DNA of 62,041 nt. It comes from a virus. Lineage: Duplodnaviria > Caudoviricetes. Below are positions 28,939 through 39,130 of this stretch, piece by piece; within the stretch, counting starts at the first letter, position 1, and each line of letters starts with the position of its first letter. The DNA lies in the IMG/VR virus record IMGVR_UViG_3300032270_000816, positions 1-62,041 of that record; one strand, given 5' to 3'. Both the position numbers and the translations under genes were made by a program. Below the pieces are notes generated by a model. That model saw nothing but the letters and a program-made list of their open reading frames with translations. It did no database searches and had not been told where the DNA came from.

Positions 28939-29251
28939 CGAAACTATTGAGGCATTAATAATAACTGGTGCCATTGAAATTGCGGGGATTGATAAAAAAA
29001 CAGGTCAACCTTTGTATAGGTTTAATCAGTCAATACAGAACATAATGCCAGAGCTATATAAAGAACACCTTAACGAGATTAATCGTGACATTATGGGTCT
29101 TTGGGAAAAAGGGTTTTTAAATGTAGACTTTCTAGAAGAAGATCCTGCTGTTACGCTTACGGACAAGGCGTTTGACGATACCGAAATTGAAAAAATTTCA
29201 AGGGAAGCACAAATTTCCCTGATAGAAATTAAGAGGCTTCTTCTAAAGTAA
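28925..29251 (+). CDS. Hypothetical protein (start ATG 28925)
   Basis: MDPIDETIEALIITGAIE...LWEKGF. Confidence 0.6.
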   Translation: MDPIDETIEALIITGAIEIAGIDKKTGQPLYRFNQSIQNIMPELYKEHLNEINRDIMGLWEKGFLNVDFLEEDPAVTLTDKAFDDTEIEKISREAQISLIEIKRLLLK

Positions 29252-29285
29252 TCTGCTATAATCATAGTATAGATTCAGGAGAACT

Positions 29286-29822
29286 ATGCCATACCATATT
29301 GAACGATCAGGCTCACAGTACGCCGTTGTAGATGACAAGGGTAAGACTGTAGGCACACACCCTACCAAGGGTAAGGCAGCATCACAGGTAAGGGCTTTAT
29401 ACGCCAATGTCCCAGATGCTACCAAAGATGATGTTATTCGTTATGGAAGACGTAGAAGTGGTATTGGTGATTCACATTCAGGAATAAATACAGGAGGAGA
29501 AAGTATGTCAGCAGCAGATCAGATTAAAGAATTAGCAGCAGTAGTTAAACAAATTATTGAAGAAATTCCTGGCGGAACTCCTCAAGAGCAAGAAGTAACA
29601 TCATCAGGATACAAAGACTGTGGATGTGAAACATGCAAGGCAATGAATTGTGATTGTCCAGACTGTCCTGCATGCTCACCAAATAATGTCGGTGATGGTA
29701 ATGATGCGGAGTTTGAAGCAACAAAACCAAATACAGACGCATATGACAATTCAATTGGAAAGTCACAGCATCATACAATCTGGGGCGGATCAGTACTTGA
29801 TCTAAGCCCATTTTATAAGTAA
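29286..29822 (+). CDS. Hypothetical, possibly head-associated protein with Cys cluster
   Basis: MPYHI...GTHPTKGKA..Q.RALYAN motif and CGCETC..CDCPDCPAC. AGGAG SD. Confidence 0.55.
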   Translation: MPYHIERSGSQYAVVDDKGKTVGTHPTKGKAASQVRALYANVPDATKDDVIRYGRRRSGIGDSHSGINTGGESMSAADQIKELAAVVKQIIEEIPGGTPQEQEVTSSGYKDCGCETCKAMNCDCPDCPACSPNNVGDGNDAEFEATKPNTDAYDNSIGKSQHHTIWGGSVLDLSPFYK

Positions 29823-29843
29823 TATTAGTTAAAGGGGTAAACT

Positions 29844-30002
29844 ATGAATGAACTAACTCTTGATGAGTTAAAACAACTTGTTGTTTTTTATAAAACAAAG
29901 GTTTCAGATCTTGAGTATGAGGTTTTAAAAGGACAACTCATTATGAGTAGAGTTCCAGCACCTCAAGATGAGCCTGTTGTAAAAAATAAAAAGTCTGAAT
30001 AA
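29844..30002 (+). CDS. Small hypothetical protein, 52 aa (not in ORF track)
   Basis: AGGGG SD. Reads MNELTLDELKQLVVFYKTKVSDLEY.... Confidence 0.6.
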   Translation: MNELTLDELKQLVVFYKTKVSDLEYEVLKGQLIMSRVPAPQDEPVVKNKKSE

Positions 30003-30007
30003 AAAAT

Positions 30008-30433
30008 ATGAAGGCACAACATTTTATTGCCATAGGCTTGACATTGTGCCTTACTTCATATATACTTTATAAAGGAAGAAAAACTAGATCATTTCCTGGT
30101 ATTGCATACACTCAAAGTAGCATACATTTAATGATCAAAGATTTTATTCCAAAAACTTTATATGAAAGACCAAGACGGCAATCTCAATCATTAAAACATG
30201 TTGAGAAAAATACCATTAAGGTTATTTTTATAGAGGACAAGGCTTATTGGGTAAACAATAATATATTTTATTGTGCAGAAGCAATCGGCGGTAACGTTAA
30301 TGCAGACACTACAGAGCCAATAGACACAGCAAATATGTCAAAAAAAGATATTGATAAGATGTTATTCATTTTGGATAACCTTAAGAATGGAAGTAATGAT
30401 GATAGTAGCAGTACAGGGAACGAAAGACTTTGA
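30008..30433 (+). CDS. Hypothetical protein with N-terminal TM
   Basis: Hydrophobic N-terminus and AYWV.NN.FY.A motif. Confidence 0.55.
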   Translation: MKAQHFIAIGLTLCLTSYILYKGRKTRSFPGIAYTQSSIHLMIKDFIPKTLYERPRRQSQSLKHVEKNTIKVIFIEDKAYWVNNNIFYCAEAIGGNVNADTTEPIDTANMSKKDIDKMLFILDNLKNGSNDDSSSTGNERL

Positions 30434-30749
30434 TGATTATCAGGTCTTTCTTCGTGCTATGGGTGTTGCAATGTCTGCAATGCAAGACGAAGATAAAGAA
30501 CTGTTAGTCTACTCAGCAGGTCCAGTCAGGATTAACTCAATGGTTTCTGAGTTTTGTAATCTTTCTGAAAGAGGAATGAAAGCTAGAGGAAAAAAGCTTA
30601 AGTTCTTTAAGGTGCCAGCATCATATATTGAAGAAAATTTAGAGCATGTAAACTATCTGGCATTTCTTAGCAAACCAAAAGAAGCAGTTTCAAGATTAGT
30701 TGCAGAAGCCGAACTCAAAAATATTGAAGTCGGAATTTTTAGATACTAA
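30396..30749 (+). CDS. SLOG/YspA-like protein
   Basis: MIVAVQGTKDFDDY Rossmann-like start. Confidence 0.5.
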   Translation: MMIVAVQGTKDFDDYQVFLRAMGVAMSAMQDEDKELLVYSAGPVRINSMVSEFCNLSERGMKARGKKLKFFKVPASYIEENLEHVNYLAFLSKPKEAVSRLVAEAELKNIEVGIFRY

Positions 30750-30758
30750 AGGATAAAA

Positions 30759-30968
30759 ATGATTGTAAACAAGTTAGAAGTAATGGAATCACTCGTAAAG
30801 AAGAATCGTAATCTTCGCTGGGATGGATGGAATGTCATTGACATAAAGAAGTCTGACGTTGGTCGTACATCTCCACAGGGTATCAGGATAAATGGTGAAT
30901 GGTACCTACATAAGGTTTATACAGTTGATCGCAACGGCTGGGATATTCCAAATAAGTATAAGGAGTAA
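30759..30968 (+). CDS. Hypothetical protein
   Basis: AAGGA SD and L.WDGWNV motif. Confidence 0.6.
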   Translation: MIVNKLEVMESLVKKNRNLRWDGWNVIDIKKSDVGRTSPQGIRINGEWYLHKVYTVDRNGWDIPNKYKE

Positions 30969-30971
30969 TCC

Positions 30972-31259
30972 TTGAAGCAGCATTTGTGGAAAGATAAGGC
31001 TAAGTGTCTTGGGCTAGATACTAATTTATATTTTGATAAATATGAAGAGGATGTTGAGCTAAGATCTAATATAGATAATTTTTGTGCTTCGTGTCCCGTT
31101 GCAAAAACATGTTTTGCTAATGGGGTTTCTGGAAAAGAATGGGGTGTTTGGGGTGGTGTATACTTGGAAAGTGGAGAAATTTCAAGGGAATTTAACAAAC
31201 ACAAGAGCAAAGAACAATGGGGTGAGGTATGGCAATCTCTGACGACGGAAATGAATTAA
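30972..31259 (+). CDS. whiB: WhiB-family Fe-S transcription factor
   Basis: W...AKC...FF-like, CASCPVAKTC and WGVWGG. AAGGAG SD with TTG start. Confidence 0.9.
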   Translation: MKQHLWKDKAKCLGLDTNLYFDKYEEDVELRSNIDNFCASCPVAKTCFANGVSGKEWGVWGGVYLESGEISREFNKHKSKEQWGEVWQSLTTEMN

Positions 31260-31528
31260 CATCTTTTGAGGATGTTTGTTCAATCCTTGCTGAATTATGG
31301 ATAAACCATAAAGAAGAAAAAACTTTTGAAGACTTTATTTCTTATAACGATCTTGGTCTTCCTCTTGCATTTGCAATTGATTCTGAGTTGGTAATACCAA
31401 CAGACATTGCCAAGAAGTATATTGAAGAGACATGGCTTATTCTCTTAAAGTCATTAGATGTTAATGAGGATATTGGGTTTACGTGTCTTGAAGATCTTTT
31501 TAACTATACAAGCGATGGAGAAGTTTGA
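31229..31528 (+). CDS. Hypothetical protein
   Basis: C.IL.ELW...YNDLGLPLA motif. Confidence 0.6.
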   Translation: MAISDDGNELTSFEDVCSILAELWINHKEEKTFEDFISYNDLGLPLAFAIDSELVIPTDIAKKYIEETWLILLKSLDVNEDIGFTCLEDLFNYTSDGEV

Positions 31529-31761
31529 TGTATACAGATGAAATGCGTAGAGCCGTTCATTCAATAGCTACTCCTAAAAACTTTGGAGTAAACATAATTG
31601 ATAATGATAGTTTTTTAACAATTAAGCTTAATGAAAAAGACTTTATACCAATGCTACATGATGAAAAGATAGAAGCAGTTCAATATGTTGCAAAGATCAA
31701 AGATGCGCTGGAACAAAATGGTGCAATTGTTTTAGTTACAAGAGAGGCATTAGAAGTATGA
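31528..31761 (+). CDS. Hypothetical protein
   Basis: Coupled ORF with GGAG SD. Confidence 0.6.
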   Translation: MYTDEMRRAVHSIATPKNFGVNIIDNDSFLTIKLNEKDFIPMLHDEKIEAVQYVAKIKDALEQNGAIVLVTREALEV

Positions 31762-32177
31762 GTACTCCTTTAATTGTTGTGTCAGCATGTTTATTTTCTG
31801 TTAGCGTAGCATATCTAAGCCTTATGTATAATTTTAATAAGATTCGTGTTCAATATCAAAAGTTGTTTATTGACATGATGCTTCTTGAAAAATTAATTAA
31901 TGACATTGAAGAGTCTAAAATTAAAACAGATGAAAGTGTTCACAAAGAAAACTTTATTAAGTTTCTTTCTGATTCTCGTGATTGGGCATACCAGTATATT
32001 GAAGATGTTCAGGCTGGGTTAACTGCTTTTATTGATCAAACAGAGCCAGAAATTAATTACTTTAAGGAGTATGGCGATGTAATGGGTATGGCGCCAAACT
32101 ATTATTCTATGAAAAAAATAGCAGAAGAGTATGGAAAATTGAAGGCTCTACTGCCCAAAGAAGAGGAAGTAAAATGA
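31758..32177 (+). CDS. Membrane-anchored hypothetical protein
   Basis: N-terminal TM and FIKFLSDSRDWAY.YIE. Confidence 0.6.
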   Translation: MSTPLIVVSACLFSVSVAYLSLMYNFNKIRVQYQKLFIDMMLLEKLINDIEESKIKTDESVHKENFIKFLSDSRDWAYQYIEDVQAGLTAFIDQTEPEINYFKEYGDVMGMAPNYYSMKKIAEEYGKLKALLPKEEEVK

Positions 32178-32332
32178 AAGACATTATCATGTCAGTAATC
32201 ACAGGTTTTGGATGTGGCGTAGCATTCGCAGCATTCAAATTGCCAGTTCCAGCACCACCAGTTTTTGCGGGAGTCGCAGGAATTATTGGTCTATGGATTG
32301 GCTTTACGGTTATAACTAATGCAATATCCTAG
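32174..32332 (+). CDS. XapX-like (DUF1427) small membrane protein, 52 aa (not in ORF track)
   Basis: G..F...KLPVPAPP..AGVAGIIG..IG. Confidence 0.7.
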   Translation: MKDIIMSVITGFGCGVAFAAFKLPVPAPPVFAGVAGIIGLWIGFTVITNAIS

Positions 32333-32342
32333 GAGGAAAAAT

Positions 32343-32612
32343 ATGAACGAACAACTAAAGAAGGCGCTTGCCTCATACGGAAGATCAGCAATTGGTGCAG
32401 GTACAGCAATGTACGCTGCTGGAATTACTGATCCACAGACACTTGCATACTCATTGCTTGGTGCTATTGTCCCCGTGCTAATGAGAGCAATCAATCCAGC
32501 AGACGCTGCATTTGGTCGTCTACCAGATGCAAAGGCTGTAGACAAGGCTCTTAAGGCCGCAAAGGTAGTCAAGAAGTCTCCTGTTAAGCGAGCAGCAGCA
32601 AAGAAGAAGTAA
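32343..32612 (+). CDS. Holin-like membrane protein (start ATG 32343)
   Basis: AGGAGG SD, SYGRS, two TMs, RAINP.D.AFG and a basic tail. Confidence 0.55.
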   Translation: MNEQLKKALASYGRSAIGAGTAMYAAGITDPQTLAYSLLGAIVPVLMRAINPADAAFGRLPDAKAVDKALKAAKVVKKSPVKRAAAKKK

Positions 32613-32618
32613 TTCTTT

Positions 32619-32659
32619 AGGGAGGGATATGTCTATCTGGCCTATCCCTCTCTTTCTTT
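32619..32659 (+). terminator. Probable intrinsic terminator
   Basis: AGGGAGGGATA...TATCCCTCTCT hairpin followed by TTCTTT. Confidence 0.6.
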
Positions 32660-32665
32660 GACACT

Positions 32666-33373
32666 ATGACATACATACATGAAGATCAGGTTAAGCCAAA
32701 ATCTAAGACAGCATTAATTTTATGCACATACATTAGATTAACAAACATGCCAAAACTGTTACAAAAGTTGCATGCACAAACCAATAAAGATTTTGATCTT
32801 TATATTTCAAATAATTCCTACAATAGTGACAACAAACTAATTGGTTATTTTAGAAAATATGGTATTGATCTTAACATAAATGTATTTATTAAAAACTATG
32901 AAAACAAATATAAACAATTTTCAAGATTTTATATGGCAAGAGATCTTGCAAAAGAAGGCTATGAAAAGATAATATTTATTGATGATGATGAGGTTTTGCC
33001 TTCAAGCTTTATGCAAGACTGCTATGACCAATACAATGAAAATGAAATAAAATCTTTTTATGCTCACTCTTTTAAAGAAGATTACTGGGCAAAGGTTAGG
33101 CTAAAGCCAGGAGAGTTTGGTAATTATGCTGGTACTGGTGGCCTTATGTGTTCTGCCAAAATATTTTTAGATGAAAGAATATTTGAATGTCCAGAAGAAT
33201 ACCACATAATTGATGATCTTTGGTTTTCTTATTTTATATTAAAGTTTACTAATTATAAAATAACTTTATTAGATACTGATATTCAGTTTATAAAAGATGA
33301 TAAAGCAACATTTGTTAATCTAATTGATATAAAAAGAAAATTTTCAACTGCATATATTATTAATAACATCTAG
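32666..33373 (+). CDS. GT-A (GT2-like) glycosyltransferase
   Basis: LILCTY.R, IFIDDD (DxD) and IDDLW. Confidence 0.75.
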   Translation: MTYIHEDQVKPKSKTALILCTYIRLTNMPKLLQKLHAQTNKDFDLYISNNSYNSDNKLIGYFRKYGIDLNINVFIKNYENKYKQFSRFYMARDLAKEGYEKIIFIDDDEVLPSSFMQDCYDQYNENEIKSFYAHSFKEDYWAKVRLKPGEFGNYAGTGGLMCSAKIFLDERIFECPEEYHIIDDLWFSYFILKFTNYKITLLDTDIQFIKDDKATFVNLIDIKRKFSTAYIINNI

Positions 33374-34390
33374 GTATTGTTGCCTTAACAAATTAATATC
33401 AAAATTGTTTAATGCTATTTCTATTGCCTTGTTCTTTGATTTTTGCTTATCTTTTAGTTTTACGTATTCATCTATTCGTGTTGCAAGAATTTTTGGATCA
33501 GCAGCATAAACATCAAGGGTCATTCTTGTTAAAAGTTTATCAATTTTGTTAGACTCAACAACCCATTCTGATGGAAGAACCGCATTATTTGGTGATATGT
33601 CAGTCATAAAAACTGGCAGACCGCTCATCAAAGACTCATTCATTGGTAAACAAAGACCAGCGTATCTTCTTGGAAGAACCATTGCGTCAAACCCACTATA
33701 AAGATTAGCGTTATTTTCTGTATTAGATGTATCAATAACTAAACGTGGATCACGACAGTCGGTTTCAACTGGTGTCTGACTTTTTATAACTAACTCATAA
33801 TCTTCTTTTGAATACTTAAGCATTTCAATAACAGTGCTAGTGCCATTTCTATCTTTAGCAGCAAATTTGCCTGCAATGTGAAGTATTCTGTTATGTGTTT
33901 TAGATATATTGGTTTCCCTTTGTGCAGCAAACGAATCTGGATCAATCGGTGGTGGAAGATATGCAATCTTTGTTATGTCTCCTAAAACTTCTTTGACGTG
34001 ATCAATCTTCCATAGGCTTGGTGATAAAAGTAAGTCAGGGGTTCTTTGATTTGGGTTAATAATTAAATCAAGAAATTCATAGTTATATTGAAGAATTGTT
34101 TTTACTTTTCTTTTTTGTGCAAGACTTAAAAACATTTCACTATAAAAAGACTCACAAGTTAAAACAACATCAACGCCTTCAAGAAACTGTACTATTTCTT
34201 CTCTTCTTGCAAACCCATCTCTTGTTGTTATGCATTCATATTCGCTGTACCACTCAGGATGCTGTTGATTTTGATTAAATGGCCTAGAGTCAATTAAAAG
34301 AATTTTTGTTGGCTTAAGCATGTTTACAAGACTTCTTGTTTGGTTGCCTAATCCTGTATTATCAGACCTTGCAATGATGCCTAATCTCAT
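33344..34390 (-). CDS. GT-B (GT4-like) glycosyltransferase (start ATG 34390)
   Basis: DNTGLG and D.MVLP...GLCLPMNESL.SGLPV..TD. Confidence 0.8.
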   Translation of the reverse strand: MRLGIIARSDNTGLGNQTRSLVNMLKPTKILLIDSRPFNQNQQHPEWYSEYECITTRDGFARREEIVQFLEGVDVVLTCESFYSEMFLSLAQKRKVKTILQYNYEFLDLIINPNQRTPDLLLSPSLWKIDHVKEVLGDITKIAYLPPPIDPDSFAAQRETNISKTHNRILHIAGKFAAKDRNGTSTVIEMLKYSKEDYELVIKSQTPVETDCRDPRLVIDTSNTENNANLYSGFDAMVLPRRYAGLCLPMNESLMSGLPVFMTDISPNNAVLPSEWVVESNKIDKLLTRMTLDVYAADPKILATRIDEYVKLKDKQKSKNKAIEIALNNFDINLLRQQYLDVINNICS

Positions 34391-35118
34391 TCTGTATAGC
34401 CCCAAGCATTATCATCTACTGTAAATTTTTGTGTTCCCCGACGACCATCTAAATGATATGAACGTTTAATACTTCCTTCTGGATGGTATATCCAAAGCTT
34501 GTGTTGATCCCATCCATCATCTTGAACTTTTCCATGAAACCTATCTTCAATAAAAGTCTTTTCTTCAGAAAATGGCAGCACAGTATCACGATAATATTTG
34601 ACGGTACTTAAATGAGGACGCTGACTCCACTGTGTAGTTCTCATAAAACCATCCTCAAGTCCAAACATTAAATAGCCATGTTCTTCTGGAATTACTGACT
34701 CAAAGTGAAAACGAATAGTATTAGCTTTATTATACTCAAGCATATCTAAACATTTTTGCCAATCAATTTCACAGTCTGGAGTTATTGGAGCATCGCCTTC
34801 AACATAAAGCATTGCTGCAGTATCAATAAGATCAATTGTTCTTTTCATCATTGTGGTTTGGTGACAATGCTCATCAAAAATTATGGGTAAAATATTTTTC
34901 CACTCATGCATACACTTCCAAAGAACCTTACTCTTATACTCATCATAGTCTGCTTTACGAGCCAATCGCTCTTCACGCAAACCATCCATCTGTAAAATAA
35001 TTTCATTGTCGGGAAAATGTGATCTAATTGCAGAAATAGTTTCATCAATAATATCTGTGTCTGGGTGGCTTGGCAATACAGATGTAGCAACAACTATTGT
35101 TATGTCATTCTTGTTCAT
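34387..35118 (-). CDS. Putative GT-A glycosyltransferase
   Basis: ITIVVAT, IIL..DG, LYVEGD and YHLDGR, within the glycan operon. Confidence 0.6.
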   Translation of the reverse strand: MNKNDITIVVATSVLPSHPDTDIIDETISAIRSHFPDNEIILQMDGLREERLARKADYDEYKSKVLWKCMHEWKNILPIIFDEHCHQTTMMKRTIDLIDTAAMLYVEGDAPITPDCEIDWQKCLDMLEYNKANTIRFHFESVIPEEHGYLMFGLEDGFMRTTQWSQRPHLSTVKYYRDTVLPFSEEKTFIEDRFHGKVQDDGWDQHKLWIYHPEGSIKRSYHLDGRRGTQKFTVDDNAWGYTE

Positions 35119-35959
35119 AAATATCCCTCATTATTTTTAAAGAAAAATCTCTTTTATACTTTAACCACCAGCATATCACCTGATGCATATTGTTGGGATA
35201 GTTTTTAATAAGTTCTGGCAGAAGTTCTTTTAGTTTATTCCAATCGTTAACCTTTGCAATTGGTATTTCTGCAGGGTAAACATAATTAAAATAATCAATC
35301 ATTTCACCCTTTGAGTCAATAAGATCACCAATAGGTAAAGCAAGCATTTCTATTGCCTCAAAGAATCTAAAGGTATCTATAACTTGGGCACCAGCAGGTG
35401 CTGGAACAACTCTAGCCTTTGATAGAGTGCGGTAGTAGTCTTTGGGCTGTTCTCCCTGGGCAAAGCCTTCTGTGGGCTTATAAAGGGCATTTGGCAGGGT
35501 TGGCATGATTTCTGCTAACTGTTGTCTACGCTGATGGGTTATTTGTCCACCAAAATAAATATCATATTCTTTAACAGGATAATCAGGCAAGTTAGACTTC
35601 AAGTGCTGCGGCGTACCAATAAAAAATCTATTGTATTGTTCATGTTTTTGATGTGGGTATTGAACCCAAATAGAAATATTAGAGTGACTAATTTTTTCTA
35701 CATTAAATTGAGCGCTTTCATCGCCAGTTATAAACAAGACAACTCTATCAAGGTTTTTTAATTGGTTTGATATTTCTTTTTCTTTACCAGCATTTCCATG
35801 TCCAGGAATAACAACAAAGCCACGATCTGCTTTTGGTATTTCTTTTACAACTACCTGATCAACATTATTTCTTTCAAATGTTTCTTTAAGCAATCCGTAA
35901 TCCCATTTGCCATCTGCAGCATCAAGGGGATCAATAGAATAAATATATGCAGTAATCAA
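35105..35959 (-). CDS. Putative glycosyltransferase (exostosin/GT-B-like)
   Basis: YDIYFGG, YYRTLS.AR..P.P.G...DTFRFFEA. Confidence 0.65.
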   Translation of the reverse strand: MITAYIYSIDPLDAADGKWDYGLLKETFERNNVDQVVVKEIPKADRGFVVIPGHGNAGKEKEISNQLKNLDRVVLFITGDESAQFNVEKISHSNISIWVQYPHQKHEQYNRFFIGTPQHLKSNLPDYPVKEYDIYFGGQITHQRRQQLAEIMPTLPNALYKPTEGFAQGEQPKDYYRTLSKARVVPAPAGAQVIDTFRFFEAIEMLALPIGDLIDSKGEMIDYFNYVYPAEIPIAKVNDWNKLKELLPELIKNYPNNMHQVICWWLKYKRDFSLKIMRDIYEQE

Positions 35960-36576
35960 TTAAGCACTCGCCAAAGTTTTTCTTCTGTAATTAATTTTCC
36001 AATAAGATCTTCATCTATGTATGACCGATTAGATGCTAACGTAATTTGTGAGTTGTAGGTATGAATTGCATCAACTTTATGTTTAGTAAAATTAACTGAA
36101 ACATTTTCTAAATTATGAACAGATTTAAATTTATCTAGTCTTTGTTTATATAGTTCTGGATATGCTAACCTGTATGGAAGTTCTGCATAAATAAAATATG
36201 TTTTGTTATAATCTTTTATTAAAGTAAATAATGTTTCAGATAATAATACATGGTCTGGATGATGTATTCCTAATGGAATGTAAATATTTTCATAATTATT
36301 AATTATATTTTTTATCCAATTATTTAGATCATCTTCATTTTGTTTTCCATAAACATCATCTAAAAGATCGCTATTGATAACTTTTGCACCAATCATTGAG
36401 CAAGCAACATCATGTTCTTTTCTTAGTAGTGTGTGCTTTTTATATCCAACATCATCTGTTGGAATACCAGAAAACGCTGAAGCAATTGTAAAATTATTAT
36501 CATTATTATCAATAATGTAATCACCTAAAGAAAAAATTGCGTCATCCGCATGAGGACAAAAGATAATACTACTCAT
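35956..36576 (-). CDS. PIG-L/LmbE-family N-deacetylase (start ATG 36576)
   Basis: PHADD, R.E, HPDH, YAELPY and K..A...Y.SQ. Confidence 0.85.
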   Translation of the reverse strand: MSSIIFCPHADDAIFSLGDYIIDNNDNNFTIASAFSGIPTDDVGYKKHTLLRKEHDVACSMIGAKVINSDLLDDVYGKQNEDDLNNWIKNIINNYENIYIPLGIHHPDHVLLSETLFTLIKDYNKTYFIYAELPYRLAYPELYKQRLDKFKSVHNLENVSVNFTKHKVDAIHTYNSQITLASNRSYIDEDLIGKLITEEKLWRVLN

Positions 36577-37276
36577 AAAACAAATGAACCTCATGCTGAT
36601 AATCAATTAATGTTTCGGTATACCCAATATCTTTAATAAAATTTCTTAGGTCATACAAGTATTCATTCCATTGTTGAATCATAAACTCAGGATGACCAGA
36701 TAGCCAAATTTTAGGTTTGTATTCTCTTAGCACTTTTTCAGCACCACCAAGAACTCTCCACTCGCTACCCTCTACATCCAAAGAAATTGCGGTAGGTGGC
36801 TTAATCCCATGATCATAAACACAAGAATCTATAGTAATTTGTCCGTAACTCTCACCTTCAAGATATAGTTCTTTAAATCCATGCGCTGCTTCAATTACGT
36901 TATTAACTTCTGGAGGCCATTCATTATAATAAATTCTTGAAAGATTATTAATTTTATCAGATGCAAATCCAGGAATGCATGCCAACGGAAGTTCTAAATT
37001 ATTTGCAGTCCAGGTTGCAGGAAAGTGTGACCATACTTTAGGGTTTGGTTCAAATAAAACTACCTCTGCACCCCACATTTGACATAGCGCTGGAAACTCT
37101 CCTTCTTCTGCACCAACGTAATAAACAACATCTCCTTTATTAATATGTTCATGCATTGACTTTAGTCTAGGTTTTTCCCAACCATGTGGCTGGTACCAGT
37201 CTGGTCTGTCTGCACGATGCTTTGGCAGTATCATTTCAAACTCTCCGTTTAAAACTGCTTTAACCATTTCTGTCAT
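36569..37276 (-). CDS. FkbM-family methyltransferase (start ATG 37276)
   Basis: VGAEEG, FEPNP and LDVEGSEWRVLGGA. Confidence 0.85.
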   Translation of the reverse strand: MTEMVKAVLNGEFEMILPKHRADRPDWYQPHGWEKPRLKSMHEHINKGDVVYYVGAEEGEFPALCQMWGAEVVLFEPNPKVWSHFPATWTANNLELPLACIPGFASDKINNLSRIYYNEWPPEVNNVIEAAHGFKELYLEGESYGQITIDSCVYDHGIKPPTAISLDVEGSEWRVLGGAEKVLREYKPKIWLSGHPEFMIQQWNEYLYDLRNFIKDIGYTETLIDYQHEVHLFYE

Positions 37277-38154
37277 TTGTTTATCCATTCTTCTAGCGAT
37301 ATTTTTGGTTTCCATCCTGTCAAAGCATTAAACTTTGCGTATGATGCAAGGGTCTCTTTTGCTTCCCCAACTCTCGCTGGTATAAAAATAAGATCACCAG
37401 ATATCATATTTGCAACATCAAGAATAGAATAATTTTTTCCAAAACCAATATTGTAAACTTCTCCAAAACCATCATTAACCTGTGCTGCAATAATATTTGC
37501 TTCAACAACATCGGATACATGCGTAAAATCTCTTCTTTGATTACCATCACCAACAATGGTTAGTGGTTGTCCATCTTTAAACTGTTTATCAAAAAGACCT
37601 ATAACTGGGGCAAACTCACCCTTTAATGGTTGCCTTTCTCCATAAACATTAAAGTATCTAAAAATAATAGTTTCAACTCCAAATAATTTTGTATACATGG
37701 AGCAAAGTTTTTCTCCATTTACTTTTGAAACTGAGTATGGATTTAAACAATCTTCTGGTTGAGCTTCATGGTTTGGAACAGGGTTTTTACCATAGGCAGA
37801 AGATGTTGATGAGTATATAACTCTTTTAACTCCTGCCTCTCTTGAACATTCTAATACTGTTGCAGTTCCAACAGAGTTTATGCTGATTGATTCAACAGGG
37901 TTTTGTATTGCTGGCTGAATTCTTGATTCTGCAGCAACATGAAAAACACAATCAATTCCTTCGTATAGTTTTCTTGTATTTTTATAATCACGTATATCTA
38001 GTTTATAGTTTTGTGCTTTTTTGTTCCAGTAAAATTGATCATGAACCTTAGAGTATTCGTTGTCTATTACTGTTACGCTATGACCAAGCTCAATTAGTTT
38101 ATCAACTAAATTTGAGCCGATGAAGCCTGCTCCACCCGTAACTAAATAGTTCAT
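37273..38154 (-). CDS. NAD-dependent nucleotide-sugar epimerase/dehydratase (start ATG 38154)
   Basis: VTGGAGFIGS, SSTSSAYG, YSVSK, RYFNVYG and GDGNQRRDF. Confidence 0.93.
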   Translation of the reverse strand: MNYLVTGGAGFIGSNLVDKLIELGHSVTVIDNEYSKVHDQFYWNKKAQNYKLDIRDYKNTRKLYEGIDCVFHVAAESRIQPAIQNPVESISINSVGTATVLECSREAGVKRVIYSSTSSAYGKNPVPNHEAQPEDCLNPYSVSKVNGEKLCSMYTKLFGVETIIFRYFNVYGERQPLKGEFAPVIGLFDKQFKDGQPLTIVGDGNQRRDFTHVSDVVEANIIAAQVNDGFGEVYNIGFGKNYSILDVANMISGDLIFIPARVGEAKETLASYAKFNALTGWKPKISLEEWINK

Positions 38155-39110
38155 TTTATTCCAAGCTCTGACAATATTGTTGACCATCTATTAACATATG
38201 TATGTTCATTTTTTGTTCTTTCATGACCATTTAACCTGATACGTTCTCTGTCAATGCTATCTTCAAGATACTTATCTATCTTAGTTTTTAGATCTTCAAG
38301 ATTACCATGCTCATAAAAAACAATTTCATTTCCATCTTCAAAGTAATCTTCAAGCCCCTTAATGCGAGGGTAGATAGTAAAACCACCACGACCAGTGCTT
38401 TCAAATAATCTATCGCTAGTATAGTAAGGATAGTTAAAGTTAATGTTAAGGCTATCTCCTACGGCTATTTTACTTTGTGCGTATATCTTATTGAGGGCAT
38501 CACCACGGATTGTACCAGTGTCACCATCTCCACCAACATGAAGAAATTTTTTTCCATAAGTGCTTCTTAAAAAGTCTATTAGCTCTGGGCGATACCTATG
38601 TTCATGATGATAACCTTTGCTACCAACAAAAATAACATCATATTTAAAATCATATGGATTGTATTGTTTATGAATGTAACACTCTTTATCGTATACTCCA
38701 GCAGGTAGAAAGTGTCCTTTCACTTCTGTATTTTTGTTAAACCAGTCAGTCATTAGTTTATCTGTAGCAAAGAAGTGTCCTATAGTTTTATAGAATGTAT
38801 CTTCTTCTAAATCTTTTTGTCGTTCAATACCAAACCACAAATCAAGATGGTAGGTCATTGTGGGGATGTTTGCCTCTTTTAGTTTGATCAGAACGTCTTC
38901 CATGCCAATATTTCCTGAAGTATGCCAGCCGTGTGTGTGAACCCAGATAAATAGATCGCTTTTTAAGGACTCCACAAGGATGCGCTGGCTTCTTGCCTCA
39001 CGTTCCTGCATTTTAATGACAGTATGACCAAGGGACTCAAGAGATTTTACGTGATGATTCTCACTACTATAATCCACACCAAAGTTACCTAAAAAAACAA
39101 TTCTAGCCAA
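38151..39110 (-). CDS. CgeB-like glycosyltransferase (Glyco_trans_1_2)
   Basis: YDVIFVG, Y.SDRLFE..G.GGF, RERI..NG......HTY..R. TTG start with AAGGGG SD. Confidence 0.8.
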   Translation of the reverse strand: MARIVFLGNFGVDYSSENHHVKSLESLGHTVIKMQEREARSQRILVESLKSDLFIWVHTHGWHTSGNIGMEDVLIKLKEANIPTMTYHLDLWFGIERQKDLEEDTFYKTIGHFFATDKLMTDWFNKNTEVKGHFLPAGVYDKECYIHKQYNPYDFKYDVIFVGSKGYHHEHRYRPELIDFLRSTYGKKFLHVGGDGDTGTIRGDALNKIYAQSKIAVGDSLNINFNYPYYTSDRLFESTGRGGFTIYPRIKGLEDYFEDGNEIVFYEHGNLEDLKTKIDKYLEDSIDRERIRLNGHERTKNEHTYVNRWSTILSELGIK

Positions 39111-39130
39111 GATTTACCCCTTTAAAAAAT